Below, one piece after another: positions 35,472 to 45,873 of a stretch of 64,000 nucleotides of DNA (its first letter is position 1; every line of letters begins with the position of its first letter). The stretch covers positions 147,362-211,361 of the forward strand of contig JAVHLC010000002.1 in the NCBI GenBank assembly GCA_031082315.1, given 5' to 3'. The notes beneath the pieces were generated by a model. The model made no database searches, was not told where the DNA came from, and was given only the letters and a program-made list of their open reading frames with translations. The stretch is from Thermodesulfobacteriota bacterium (GTDB lineage Bacteria; Desulfobacterota; QYQD01). A program made the position numbers and the translations under genes.

Positions 35472-36488
35472 ATGATATGCTTAACCCCGGACCTGGGGGC
35501 TAATGCCATGGGAGACATTATTATGCCCTATGCCGTAGGCGTGGATATTGGCGGGACCCATTTTCGTCTGGCTGTAGTTGATGAAACCGGACAATATGGT
35601 ATTATTAAAAAATTTGCGTCTGAAAGTCACCTGGGGCCGCATACACTTATTGACCGGATAGTATCAGCCGTCTCCGGGGTAATCGAGGAGGCGCCGGAAC
35701 CGGTTGCCGGTATCGGAGTAGGTATAGCCGGCGCTGTAGATCATATAAAAGGTGTAGTCCGTTTCTCACCTAATTTGCCGGGTTGGGACTATATCCCGTT
35801 GGCCGAAATAATGGAGGACCGGCTGGGGCGGTCTGTTCTGGTGGATAACGATGCCGATCTTATCGCCTTTGGAGAAAAGTGGCGGGGCACCGGCCGTGGA
35901 TACGAAAATTTTTTGTGTATAACACTGGGCACCGGCGTAGGAGGAGGACTAATACTCCGCAATGAGATATGGCACGGGTGCGGCACGGCCGGAGAGATAG
36001 GGCATGTGACTATCGACCGGCATGGAGCCCGGTGTAACTGCGGTAATTATGGCTGCCTGGAGACTGTGGCCTCGGCTACCGGCCTCATCCGCATGGCACG
36101 CGAGGGTCTTGGAAAAGGGAAAAAGGGCTTGTTAGCGCAAAGGATGGCTTCTGATCCGGACGCGCTTTCCGCCCGTCTCATCGCAGATCTAGCCGGGCAG
36201 GGAGATCCGTGGGCCTTGGAGCTTTTTGCCGAGTTGGGTAAGACCCTTGGTGTGGCCATAGCCAGCGTAATGAATCTGCTCTGCCTCGATGTTATTATTA
36301 TTGGCGGAGGCGTTTCCGATGCCTGGGATCTTTTTATAGGGCCTTTGCGCACGGAGTATGCCCGGCGGGTTATGCCTGGAACAAGGCCGGAGGCGCCTGT
36401 TCTCCCCTGGACATTGAAGGACGCAGCCGGGATTATCGGTGCGGCCGCCGCTGTTTTTAATAAAGAGTCAAAATTGATGAACTCGTAA
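35472..36488 (+). CDS. ROK-family sugar kinase (glucokinase-like)
   Basis: GVDIGGT, DND, LGTGVGGG, GEIGH...CNCGNYGCLE; likely start 35523. Confidence 0.92.
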   Translation: MICLTPDLGANAMGDIIMPYAVGVDIGGTHFRLAVVDETGQYGIIKKFASESHLGPHTLIDRIVSAVSGVIEEAPEPVAGIGVGIAGAVDHIKGVVRFSPNLPGWDYIPLAEIMEDRLGRSVLVDNDADLIAFGEKWRGTGRGYENFLCITLGTGVGGGLILRNEIWHGCGTAGEIGHVTIDRHGARCNCGNYGCLETVASATGLIRMAREGLGKGKKGLLAQRMASDPDALSARLIADLAGQGDPWALELFAELGKTLGVAIASVMNLLCLDVIIIGGGVSDAWDLFIGPLRTEYARRVMPGTRPEAPVLPWTLKDAAGIIGAAAAVFNKESKLMNS

Positions 36489-36658
36489 AAAGTTCAAAAT
36501 ATCACGCAAAGCCGCCAAGGACGCAAAAAGAATAAAATTTGGAACTCAGGAACTCATGGAAAAATCTTTTACTCCTGATTTCTTGATTTCCAGATTTTCA
36601 TTTTTCTTCGCGGTCTTTGCGCCTTTGCGTGAGAAACTGACTTTTACCAGTGACTATT
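36474..36658. repeat. Nested MITE-like element (TTGATGAACTCGTAAAAAGT end) that supplies the ROK stop codon
   Basis: Same end as 39771-39909; contains a CACGCAAAG..CTTTGCGTG hairpin and an inner GGAACTCAGGAACTCATG..TCCTGATTTCTTGATTTCC repeat also seen near 58466. Confidence 0.65.
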
Positions 36659-36670
36659 GACTAACGGCTA

Positions 36671-38470
36671 ATGACATTTACTATAGATAACATACGCAAC
36701 TTCTGCATTATCGCCCACATCGACCATGGCAAATCCACCTTGGCGGACAGGCTGCTGGAATATACAGGCGCAGTCTCCGCCCGGGAAATGGTTTCTCAGT
36801 TCCTGGACAAGATGGATCTGGAAAGGGAAAGGGGCATAACCATCAAGGCCCAGACAGTGCGTCTGAATTATCAGGCCAAAGACGGGAAGACCTACATGCT
36901 GAACCTGATAGATACACCGGGCCACGTGGACTTTACTTATGAGGTATCCCGTAGCCTCTCAGCCTGTGAGGGGGCCTTATTGGTCGTTGATGCCAGTCAG
37001 GGAGTGGAGGCCCAGACCCTGGCCAATGTCTATCTTGCGCTGGATAACAACTTGGAAATTATACCGGTCTTAAACAAGATTGACCTGCCCAGCGCCGAAC
37101 CGGAAAGAGTTAAAGAGGAAATAGAAAATATAATCGGCCTCGACTGTAAGGACGCCATTCTGGCCAGCGCCAAAGAGGGCATAGGCACCGTCGAGATACT
37201 GGAGGCCATTGTAAAACGCATCCCGCCGCCTGAGGGCGATCCTGCGGCCCCTCTTAAGGCCCTCATCTTTGATTCCTGGTTTGATTCCTACCAAGGCGCA
37301 GTCGTTCTCGTACGGGTGTACGAGGGTACAGTTAAAAAAGGCGATATAATAAAGATCATGGCCACCGATAAGGTCTATGAGGTGGCCAAGGTCGGTATTT
37401 TTATGCCCTACGCCGGAGAGATTCCGGAACTCAAGGCCGGCGAAGTAGGATTCATCATGGCCGGCATCAAGGGGGTGCGTGATACCAAAATCGGTGACAC
37501 CATCACCGGGACCCAGCGGCCGACATCCAGCGCCCTGCCGGGATTCAAGGTAGTAAAACCCATGGTCTTTTGCGGACTCTTTCCAACAGATCCCGGCCAA
37601 TATGACACGCTCCGGGAGGCCATGGAGAAGCTCTGGTTAAACGACTCCTCTTTTAGTTACGAGCCGGAGACCTCATTGGCGCTGGGGTTTGGTTTTCGAT
37701 GCGGCTTTCTCGGACTTTTACACATGGAGATTGTACAGGAAAGGCTGGAACGCGAATACGGCCTTTCTCTGATCAGCACCGCCCCTTCCGTGGTTTATCG
37801 CGTCACAGATAAAAAGGGGCAGGTAAAGATGGTGGACAATCCCAGCAAGTTACCGCCGGCACAGGATATCGAGACCATTGAGGAGCCTTTTATACGGGCG
37901 GATATCTATACCCCGGCTGAATACGTAGGAGGGGTGATCACGCTTTGTGAAGGCAAAAGAGGGATTCAAAAGGATCTCAAGTTTATCACTGAAACCCGGG
38001 TACTACTTTCTTATGAAATCCCCTTTAGCGAGATGGTGCTTGACTTTTACGATCGGCTGAAGTCCGTAACCAGCGGCTATGCCTCTCTCGATTACGCATT
38101 TCTGGATTTCAGGCCGTCACCGCTGGTCAAGCTGGATATCCTTATTAATAAGCTTCCGGTGGATGCCCTTTCTACTATTACCCATAATGACCGGGCCTAC
38201 CACCGTGGCAGGCAGTTAGCCGAGAAGCTGAAAGAGGTTATTCCGCGCCAGATGTTTGAGGTCATCATCCAGGCCGCTATAGGCAGCCAAGTCATTGCCC
38301 GCGAACGCGTCGTGCCTCTGCGCAAAAATGTTACGGCCAAGTGCTACGGCGGCGACATAACCCGAAAGAGAAAGTTGCTCGAAAAACAAAAAGAAGGTAA
38401 AAAGAGGATGAAACAGGTCGGCCAGGTGGAAATTCCGCAGGAGGCGTTTCTGTCTGTGTTGAAGGTGTAG
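36671..38470 (+). CDS. lepA: Elongation factor 4
   Basis: [56 protein letters not shown]. Confidence 0.98.
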   Translation: MTFTIDNIRNFCIIAHIDHGKSTLADRLLEYTGAVSAREMVSQFLDKMDLERERGITIKAQTVRLNYQAKDGKTYMLNLIDTPGHVDFTYEVSRSLSACEGALLVVDASQGVEAQTLANVYLALDNNLEIIPVLNKIDLPSAEPERVKEEIENIIGLDCKDAILASAKEGIGTVEILEAIVKRIPPPEGDPAAPLKALIFDSWFDSYQGAVVLVRVYEGTVKKGDIIKIMATDKVYEVAKVGIFMPYAGEIPELKAGEVGFIMAGIKGVRDTKIGDTITGTQRPTSSALPGFKVVKPMVFCGLFPTDPGQYDTLREAMEKLWLNDSSFSYEPETSLALGFGFRCGFLGLLHMEIVQERLEREYGLSLISTAPSVVYRVTDKKGQVKMVDNPSKLPPAQDIETIEEPFIRADIYTPAEYVGGVITLCEGKRGIQKDLKFITETRVLLSYEIPFSEMVLDFYDRLKSVTSGYASLDYAFLDFRPSPLVKLDILINKLPVDALSTITHNDRAYHRGRQLAEKLKEVIPRQMFEVIIQAAIGSQVIARERVVPLRKNVTAKCYGGDITRKRKLLEKQKEGKKRMKQVGQVEIPQEAFLSVLKV

Positions 38471-38583
38471 AATAGAAAAGCATTCAGCTATCAGCGGTCA
38501 GCAGTCAGCAGGATGGAAATCTTCCATTTTTAGCTGAAAGCTGATAGCTGAATGCTGACAGCTAATTTACAAGGAGGATTCGT

Positions 38584-39222
38584 TTGCAGAAGGTAAAAAG
38601 CGACACTAAAAAAGATTGGAAGGCCACGACCAGGGAATACGTTGAGGCTATTGTTATTGCCTTTGTCCTGGCCATGTTAATCCGGACGTTTGTAGTACAG
38701 GCATTCAAAATACCTTCCGGCTCCATGAAACCCAATCTCCTCATAGGAGACCATATATTGGTAAACAAGTTTATCTATGGGATAAAGAACCCGTTCACCG
38801 GCAGCACTCTTATCCCGCTGGAGAAGCCGGAGCGGAGCGATGTGGTGGTTTTTATCTACCCGGTTGATCGCGACAAGGACTTTATAAAGCGGGTCGTTGG
38901 GACGGAGGGCGATTGCGTCCAGATTATAAACAAAAAGGTTCATATAAATGGACAGCCCATGCCGGATAACTATACCATGCACACCGACGGCGATGTGTTA
39001 TCCTCCGCCATAGGCGGACCACGCGATAACTTTGGCCCTTATATCGTCCCCAAAAACTCTATCTTCGTTATGGGAGATAATCGGGATCAGAGCTATGACA
39101 GCAGGTTTTGGGGGCCTGTTAACCTGAAGGATGTCAAGGGAAAGGCGTTTATCGTTTACTGGTCGTGGGATAGTGAAAACTTCGGTGTCCGCTGGAAGCG
39201 CTTTGGAAAAACCATACATTAA
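38584..39222 (+). CDS. lepB: Signal peptidase I
   Basis: IPSGSMKPNLLIGD, FIKRVVG, GDNRDQSYDSRFWG; follows lepA. Confidence 0.96.
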   Translation: MQKVKSDTKKDWKATTREYVEAIVIAFVLAMLIRTFVVQAFKIPSGSMKPNLLIGDHILVNKFIYGIKNPFTGSTLIPLEKPERSDVVVFIYPVDRDKDFIKRVVGTEGDCVQIINKKVHINGQPMPDNYTMHTDGDVLSSAIGGPRDNFGPYIVPKNSIFVMGDNRDQSYDSRFWGPVNLKDVKGKAFIVYWSWDSENFGVRWKRFGKTIH

Positions 39223-39317
39223 GTTATTAGCAGTCAGATGTCAGCGGTATGAGGAATCTTTCTATTTTTAGCTGAAGGCTGAAAGCTGAATGCTGATAGC
39301 CATAAAAGGAGGACAAA

Positions 39318-39758
39318 ATGGCAGGTATCAACAAAGTTATCCTGGTAGGTAATCTTGGGGCCGATCCCGAGGTGCGTTATACGCCGGGGGGTTTGGCAGT
39401 GACTAACTTCCGCCTGGCCACCACAGAAAATCGCACCAATAAGGAAGGACAGCGGGAACAACGCACTGAATGGCACAGAATTGTAGCTTATGGGAGGCTG
39501 GCGGAGATATGTGGGGAATACCTGGCTAAAGGGAAACAGGTCTATATCGAAGGCCGCCTGCAGACACGTTCCTGGGATGATAAAGACGGCAACAAGAGAT
39601 GGGCTACTGAGATTATAGCCGGCAATATGCAGATGCTCGGCCCGGCCGGACGTCAGCCCGGATCAGGTGAGGGAACGACGGCCACGCCCTCGGCGGATTT
39701 AACGACAGATACTGGACCTGAACTCGGCCCGGGGCCGGATGACGATATACCATTTTAA
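39318..39758 (+). CDS. ssb: Single-stranded DNA-binding protein
   Basis: [22 protein letters not shown]-terminal DDDIPF. Confidence 0.97.
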   Translation: MAGINKVILVGNLGADPEVRYTPGGLAVTNFRLATTENRTNKEGQREQRTEWHRIVAYGRLAEICGEYLAKGKQVYIEGRLQTRSWDDKDGNKRWATEIIAGNMQMLGPAGRQPGSGEGTTATPSADLTTDTGPELGPGPDDDIPF

Positions 39759-39770
39759 GAAGTTACAAAA

Positions 39771-39909
39771 GTTGATCAATTCGTAAAAAAGCCTTTTCAC
39801 CGTTGAGCACGCAGAGTGCGCAGAGAAAAACCGTAAACTATTCAATATGTTATCTCAGCATTCTCGGCGATCTCTGCGGTAAAATTTTACTTTTTACGAG
39901 ACCATCAAC
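39771..39909. repeat. MITE-like element with terminal inverted repeats
   Basis: GTTGATCAATTCGTAAAAA ... TTTTTACGAGACCATCAAC enclosing a TTCACCG..GCAGAG / CTCTGCGGTAAA hairpin. Confidence 0.7.
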
Positions 39910-40009
39910 TTTGGTATTCAGACATTTGGATTTTGGCATTTGAGATTCCGGCGAGTTTTGTGGCATCCCCGGACTATAATGGTTTTCAGAAAACGGCTTT
40001 TCAAGCCGG

Positions 40010-40402
40010 CTACTTATCGACCTGCAGTTCTCTGAGGAGTCGTTTGAACTCTTCGGTTTCTTTGTAGCCTAATACGGCATTTTGATACTCTATCCAGTGC
40101 CGCCAGATATCCATCCATTTTTCATTGTACCAGTAATAAGAAGGAGTTCCCTGCCCGAGCTGGCGTTTTATATATTCCTCATATTCTTCCTGGCAATTCG
40201 AGCAGAAGCGGAAGGGGATACTGATATCCCGATTCACCGCTTCCGGCAGATCCATTTGTACACCGCATTTGGCGCACTTAAGCATGCATTGGGTACATTC
40301 GATGAACTTTTTGAGCAAGGAGACCTTTTTTATCCTCTCTATCTCATCCTTTTTCTTCTTCTCATATTTTAATCTTTCTTCTATATCGATTATATCCGCC
40401 AT
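40010..40402 (-). CDS. Hypothetical protein with a Cys cluster (CxxCxxxCxxC...CxxC), possibly zinc-binding
   Basis: GGAGGGAG RBS before MADIIDIEE; CTQCMLKCAKC and CSNC. Confidence 0.75.
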   Translation of the reverse strand: MADIIDIEERLKYEKKKKDEIERIKKVSLLKKFIECTQCMLKCAKCGVQMDLPEAVNRDISIPFRFCSNCQEEYEEYIKRQLGQGTPSYYWYNEKWMDIWRHWIEYQNAVLGYKETEEFKRLLRELQVDK

Positions 40403-40542
40403 GTTATTAATCTCCCTCCTCGCCATATCTACAGGCGACGTCACTGGTCATTAGTCATCAGTCATGTTAAGTGTGAAAGATCGAGCAACTTTTACCAGTG
40501 ACAAATGACCTTAATTATACTTCCTTCCTTCCCTCCAACCCG

Positions 40543-41847
40543 TTACTCATCCGTATCTGCCGGTTCACCATTAAGGTTAAATATCCGGCGGGCAAAATCA
40601 AGATAGATATCCTTATGCTCACGGCCGCTTTTCCCTTTGAGATAAGTGATAGGATCGTGGAGCATCTTGTTGATGATAGAGGCGGTCAGGACATGAACGG
40701 CCTTTTCCTGTTCCGGGGTCAGGGAACCCATATTGGAAAGGGTCTTCTGGCACTCTTTGAGCCTGATCTGCTCTGCCTTTTCACGTAAGGATACTATTAT
40801 GGGTGTAATATCCAGCGCCTGGAGCCAATACTTAAATTTAATGACCTCTTCTTCGACAATCCTTTCAGCCCGCAGGGCTTCCTTTTGCCTTTCGGCCTTA
40901 TTCAGCTCTACGATCCCCTTCAAGTCGTCTATATCATAGAGATAAACATTATCTATCTCATTGGTGCGCGGGTCAATATCCCTGGGAACGGCAATATCAA
41001 TAAGGAACAACGGCCGGTTCTTACGGGCCCGCATGACGCCCTTTACATTATCATAATTAATTACCAGCCCCGGCGCACCGGTGGAGCTTATTATGATGTC
41101 CACATTTGACAGTTGGTCATATACCTCATCCAGGGAAATAGCCCGGCCCTTAAACTTTTGCGCCAGATCTATAGCCCGTTCCAAAGTCCGGTTGGCCACT
41201 ACGATTTCTGCCACGCCGTTGGAAATAAGGTGCTCAGCGGCCAGTTCGGCCATCTCGCCGGCTCCGATCAACATGGCCCGCTTCCCTTTCAAATCCGCAA
41301 ATATCTTCCGGGCCAGTTCGACCGCCGCAAAACTTATCGAAACTGCATGGCTGCAAATGCCGGTCTCGGTGCGCACACGCTTGGCCACAGAAAAGGTCTT
41401 GTGCAGGAGGCGGTTGAGTATGACACCGGAGGTCTTCAGGTCTGTGGCCTGGCGGTAGGCGTCTTTGATCTGGCCGAGTATCTGTGGTTCGCCTAAAACC
41501 ATGGAATCCAGGCTGGCCGCCACCCGGAACAAATGCTTGGCGGCCTCTTCTTCATGATAAATGTACAGGCAGCGTTCAAAGTCGCCGAGAGAGATGCCGT
41601 TTGACTCGGTAAAGACCTTTTTTATCTCCATTTCCGCATTCGCCGGATCAGGGGTGGTCATCAGGACTTCTACACGGTTGCATGTGGAAAGAAATATGAA
41701 TTCCCTGATGAATGGCATCCTGCGTATCAGGGTAAAAGGCAGTTCCCGGTCGCCGCCGAAAGTCAGGCGTTCCCTGATCTCAACCGGCGCTGTCTCATGA
41801 TTGAGACCGATCAGAACTATACTCAGATTAGACGCCCCATCCGGCAT
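40543..41847 (-). CDS. hemA: Glutamyl-tRNA reductase
   Basis: GLNHETAPVEIRE, LSTCNRVE, SLDSMVLGEPQILGQ, IGAGEM, DIAVPRDI. Confidence 0.97.
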   Translation of the reverse strand: MPDGASNLSIVLIGLNHETAPVEIRERLTFGGDRELPFTLIRRMPFIREFIFLSTCNRVEVLMTTPDPANAEMEIKKVFTESNGISLGDFERCLYIYHEEEAAKHLFRVAASLDSMVLGEPQILGQIKDAYRQATDLKTSGVILNRLLHKTFSVAKRVRTETGICSHAVSISFAAVELARKIFADLKGKRAMLIGAGEMAELAAEHLISNGVAEIVVANRTLERAIDLAQKFKGRAISLDEVYDQLSNVDIIISSTGAPGLVINYDNVKGVMRARKNRPLFLIDIAVPRDIDPRTNEIDNVYLYDIDDLKGIVELNKAERQKEALRAERIVEEEVIKFKYWLQALDITPIIVSLREKAEQIRLKECQKTLSNMGSLTPEQEKAVHVLTASIINKMLHDPITYLKGKSGREHKDIYLDFARRIFNLNGEPADTDE

Positions 41848-42655
41848 AAGTATGTAATCCTTTGAGCAGCAGCGAAACCCCGAGGAATGTAAAAAGCAAT
41901 GCCCCCAGGCCGATGATGGCCATGATGGCCGCCCGTCTCCCCCGCCAGCCTACGGTCAGGCGTTCATGGAGAAGAGCCGCATAAAAAAGCCAGGTGACTA
42001 GAGACCAGGTTTCCTTGGGATCCCACTGCCAATGCGCACCCCAGGCCTGCTCGGCCCAGAGCGAGCCGGTTAGTATGCCTACGGTCAGAAGCGGAAAACC
42101 GATGGTCAGGCAGCGGTAATTTATGGCATCCAGAACCTCCAAAGAGGGCAGGCGCTGATAAAAGGCCCCGAGCTTCTTTTTCTTGATCTGGCGTTCCTGA
42201 ATCAAATACATGATACCGGCACAGGCAGCCACGGCCAGAATTCCGTAGGCAAAAAAATAAACTGTAGCATGAACAGGCAGCCAATAGCTTTTGAGCACCG
42301 GGGGTAAGGCTATTATTTTCTTGGGAAGGGTGGAAGAGGCGATCATGGAAAGGGCGGCTATCGGCGCAGCAAAGGCGCCCAGATTCTTCACCTTGTACCG
42401 CTGGTGAATGTAGAGGTAACTGCCTACCAGCGCCCAGGCAAAAAACGAGAGAGACTCGTGCAGGTTCGTTACCGGGGCGTAACCCGCCTCATAATAGCGG
42501 ACTACGATGGTGGCGGTATGGAGAAAGAAGCCGGCGATGGCCACGCCCATGGCTACCCGGGCGGCCGGCCTTTGTTGAGAGATTATATAGACCAGGTAAC
42601 CCGCCGTAGCCGCCAGGTATAACAATAAGGTCAGTTTAAAAAGGATGACGTTCAT
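41828..42655 (-). CDS. ccsA: Second CcsA-family (WWD) protein in the heme biosynthesis operon
   Basis: PVTNLHESL, WLPVH, WAEQAWGAHWQWDPKETWS. Confidence 0.88.
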   Translation of the reverse strand: MNVILFKLTLLLYLAATAGYLVYIISQQRPAARVAMGVAIAGFFLHTATIVVRYYEAGYAPVTNLHESLSFFAWALVGSYLYIHQRYKVKNLGAFAAPIAALSMIASSTLPKKIIALPPVLKSYWLPVHATVYFFAYGILAVAACAGIMYLIQERQIKKKKLGAFYQRLPSLEVLDAINYRCLTIGFPLLTVGILTGSLWAEQAWGAHWQWDPKETWSLVTWLFYAALLHERLTVGWRGRRAAIMAIIGLGALLFTFLGVSLLLKGLHTYAGWGV

Positions 42656-42672
42656 TTCTTAGCTTTCAGCTA

Positions 42673-43347
42673 TCAGCGTTCAGCTTTCAGCTCTACCTTA
42701 AGATTTGAAAGCCCAAATTCCGGTCCCAGGACTTCTTGTAAAAAGCGGTCAATGCGTACCCGGTCGCCGTCCCGAATCCAGTCCAGGAGATCTGAATAGA
42801 CCAGCCGGTTGAAAATGGCCTCGTTTTCAGACTGCGGCCGGCCCATAGCCAGCACCCTAGGCCTGACGGCCCCCATAAGCCTGAGAAAATCGGCATATTC
42901 CCGGCCATAGGCATCTTCCAACTCCCGGCGCAGTTTTTTCGCCAGGGCCGGGCTTTTGCCCGCGGTGGAGATGGCAATCAAGAGATCGCCTCTTGCCACC
43001 ATAGAAGGAACTATGAAATTACACAGGTTCGGCTTGTCCACAATATTACAGAGGATATTTTTCTCCTGTGCCGCGCTGCTGACTGCTGTATTAATGCCCG
43101 GGTCGTCTGTGCAGGCCACCACTAAAAACACCCCGTTCAAGTCTCCAGTCTGATAGCCCCGTGCCGTATGTGTTATTCTCTTTTCTCCGGCCAATCCCTG
43201 GAGATAAGGAGTAAGTTCCGGACTTATGACCCTGACCCTGGCGCCGCAGGAAAGCAGGGTCTCGACCTTCCTTTCCGCAACCTTACCGCCGCCGATTACC
43301 AGGCATTGTTTGTCCTTAATATCCAGGTTTATGGGATAATACCGCAA
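42673..43347 (-). CDS. Precorrin-2 dehydrogenase/sirohydrochlorin ferrochelatase (SirC/Met8-like)
   Basis: YYPINL, IGGGKVAERK, CNIVD.P..CNFIVP, AISTAGKSPALA; probable TTG start at 43347. Confidence 0.92.
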   Translation of the reverse strand: MRYYPINLDIKDKQCLVIGGGKVAERKVETLLSCGARVRVISPELTPYLQGLAGEKRITHTARGYQTGDLNGVFLVVACTDDPGINTAVSSAAQEKNILCNIVDKPNLCNFIVPSMVARGDLLIAISTAGKSPALAKKLRRELEDAYGREYADFLRLMGAVRPRVLAMGRPQSENEAIFNRLVYSDLLDWIRDGDRVRIDRFLQEVLGPEFGLSNLKVELKAER

Positions 43348-43557
43348 ATGTTCACCGCCCATCTCTTGGTCAAAGTCTGACTTAAGCCAGCAATGTAACA
43401 ATAATCGGAAGGTTAGGCAAGATTTTTCCCTCACCGCAAAGGCGTAAAGGACACATATTATGTAGTCAACTGGTTGAGTAGATGAGTGGTAAAAACACAC
43501 AAAAGGATGTGAACCTGATAGGCTCATAGCTGAGAGCTGAAGGCTGATAGCTGATGG

Positions 43558-43740
43558 CTACTTGTCTTTGCCCTTGCGGGCATAGTCAAGCAGGTAGACA
43601 AGACCCAGCAGGGCTGCGGTCATCCCCACTACAGCCCAAGGGCCTTTTCGCAGGAAAGAAAAAAGGCGTGAAAAGACGATGGCGAAGATACCGGACAGCA
43701 TCAATCGCATGAGAAATATCCTGAATTTAGATGCATCCAT
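43558..43740 (-). CDS. Small two-TM membrane protein
   Basis: 60 aa, two hydrophobic helices, basic C-terminus. Confidence 0.6.
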   Translation of the reverse strand: MDASKFRIFLMRLMLSGIFAIVFSRLFSFLRKGPWAVVGMTAALLGLVYLLDYARKGKDK

Positions 43741-43778
43741 AATTATTAGCGTTTAGCGCATAGCGATTAGCGAGTCAT

Positions 43779-43845
43779 GTAGGGTGGGCTCCGCCCACCG
43801 AAACCACGCTGCGTCGCCAATGATGGTGGGCAAAGCCCACCCTAC
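43779..43845. repeat. GTAG-type REP doublet (REPIN-like), copy 1
   Basis: GTAGGGTGGGCTCCGCCCACC-spacer-GGTGGGCAAAGCCCACCCTAC; copies at 54291 and 54974. Confidence 0.85.
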
Positions 43846-43920
43846 GTCTGCGACCATAAAAACAAGTAAAGGGATGCCCTTTCCGGGGCATCCCTTTACC
43901 CAATAGCTTCTGACGCCGAT

Positions 43921-44817
43921 TTAGAATACCTTTTCTACTACCGGCACGACCTGTTTCTTACGGGACATAAGGCCGGGGATATATACTGAAGCGCCCTCTA
44001 CCTTGGTATTAAAGGCCTTTTCAATCTTGGCCTTGTCGCCTGCAAAGTACAGCTCGGAGCCTTCCTTTATGATATCCGTGGCGACAAAGATGACCATCTC
44101 ATAGCCCTCTTTGGCCTTCAGATCGTTCAGGAATTTCGTGACCTCGGAGGCGCGGTTGTAAACATCGGTCAGATCCACGACCTCGGTCTGGCCGATGCCG
44201 ACTTTTTTGCCGGCAAAATCAAAATTCTTATAGTCGGCAAAGATAACGTCTTTAATCGACTTATCCGCTATATTGGCCTTGGCCTTCTTCACATCAATGC
44301 CAAACTTCGTCATGTCGTCGATACCGGCTATCTTAGCCAGTACGGCAGCCACGTCCTTGTCTTCCTGGGTGGTGGTGGGCGACTTAAAGACTACGGTATC
44401 GGAAAGGAGCGCACCCAGCAGGATACCGGCCAAAGCCTTATCCTTGGCCACGACATCCTTGTATTTCTTGGCCAGAATGGTGGCCGTGCTGCCTACCGGC
44501 TCTACCAGAATGGCAATAGGGTTGGGATTGGAAAAATTCATCTTGTGATGATCGATAATCTCAATGATTTCCGCTTTAGCGACGTCATCCGGAGACTGGC
44601 TGGCCTCGTTATGGTCCACCAGCACAAGCTTCTTGCCCTCGGCGCTGCCCAGTTCCCCCGGCACAGGCACACCGAACGTCTTGAGCACAAATGCGGTCTC
44701 CTCGTTGATCGACCCCAGGGTGGCCGGGGTATAGCCCTTTATCTTGGCGTAAGCGATTGCCGAACATACCGTATCCGTATCCGGACTCTTATGACCTATT
44801 ACGTATACATCTGCCAT
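43921..44817 (-). CDS. ppaC: Manganese-dependent (family II) inorganic pyrophosphatase
   Basis: GHKSPDTD, LVDHNE, IDHH, SDT, SPTTT, MSRKKQVVP. Confidence 0.95.
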   Translation of the reverse strand: MADVYVIGHKSPDTDTVCSAIAYAKIKGYTPATLGSINEETAFVLKTFGVPVPGELGSAEGKKLVLVDHNEASQSPDDVAKAEIIEIIDHHKMNFSNPNPIAILVEPVGSTATILAKKYKDVVAKDKALAGILLGALLSDTVVFKSPTTTQEDKDVAAVLAKIAGIDDMTKFGIDVKKAKANIADKSIKDVIFADYKNFDFAGKKVGIGQTEVVDLTDVYNRASEVTKFLNDLKAKEGYEMVIFVATDIIKEGSELYFAGDKAKIEKAFNTKVEGASVYIPGLMSRKKQVVPVVEKVF

Positions 44818-45035
44818 CTTCTTCTGTCCTCCATATTATTTAGTTTATTTTTTACGTCTTCGAAAAGACAACAATTGAAGGACAATCATAATAGTTAGGC
44901 GGTATCTTTGTCAAGGATAAAATGAAGCGCTATTCACTTTCGTTTTAATGGTCTTACCGGGAAATGACGACCCGGGATTTGAGATTTGAAATTTCAGATT
45001 TGAGATTTTAAGAAAATAAGGCTATCATACAACAA

Positions 45036-45680
45036 ATGGACATCTCTGCCCTTGCCAAATTCTTTATAGCCAGCTTCGTCTCCATCTTTGTCATCGTCAA
45101 TCCCCTGGCCAACATATCTGTCTTCATTACCATGACGGAGGGAGATGCCCCGGAAAAGCGCCGGGCTACGGCCCTTAAGGCCTGCACGACCTGTTTCGTT
45201 GTCCTGGCTGCCTTTACCTTCGGGGGTCATTATATCCTCCGTTTTTTTGGCATAACCGTCCCCGCCTTCCGCATAGCCGGCGGCATCATCCTCTTCATGG
45301 TGGCCCTTCAGATGCTCCAGGTCAAACCCGCCCTCATCCGCACCAGCCCGGAAGAGGAGAAAGAAGGCATGGAAAAGGAAGATATCGCGATCGTCCCCCT
45401 GGCCATCCCCATGTTGAGCGGCCCCGGGGCCATCACTACGGTCATGGTGCTTGGCAGCGAACACGAAGGCTGGACGCCCAAGCTTCTTATAATACTATCC
45501 AGTCTGCTGACCAGTCTTATATCTTATGTTATCTTTTCCCGATCGGTTTCCATGGCGCGGGTGCTGGGCAGGTCCGGGGTAAATATCCTGACCCGGGTCA
45601 TGGGACTTATCCTGGCCGTCATTGCCGTAGAGATAGTAGTCAGCGGGATTCGGGGCATGTTCCCGCGCCTGTTTTCCTGA
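45036..45680 (+). CDS. MarC-family membrane protein
   Basis: IVNPLAN, FRIAGGIIL, IVPLAIPMLSGPGAI, RVMGLILA. Confidence 0.92.
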   Translation: MDISALAKFFIASFVSIFVIVNPLANISVFITMTEGDAPEKRRATALKACTTCFVVLAAFTFGGHYILRFFGITVPAFRIAGGIILFMVALQMLQVKPALIRTSPEEEKEGMEKEDIAIVPLAIPMLSGPGAITTVMVLGSEHEGWTPKLLIILSSLLTSLISYVIFSRSVSMARVLGRSGVNILTRVMGLILAVIAVEIVVSGIRGMFPRLFS

Positions 45681-45805
45681 AATACTTGCCGGCGCGAGAA
45701 AGCCTACCCTGAAACATTTCTAATAGGGGGCGCATGGTCAGGGGATAGTTTTTGCGGCGGCTCAAATGACCTGTTGAGTATAATTCTCACTTGCTAAATA
45801 ATGGT

Positions 45806-45845
45806 TGTCGGGTAGCCAGACCGGCTAAGCGCTGGCTACCCGACA
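45806..45845. terminator. 14-bp hairpin between convergent genes
   Basis: TGTCGGGTAGCCAG-N12-CTGGCTACCCGACA; no clear T-tract. Confidence 0.5.
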
Positions 45846-45873
45846 CTCGGTTGGGGCGAAATTTCTTAATAGT

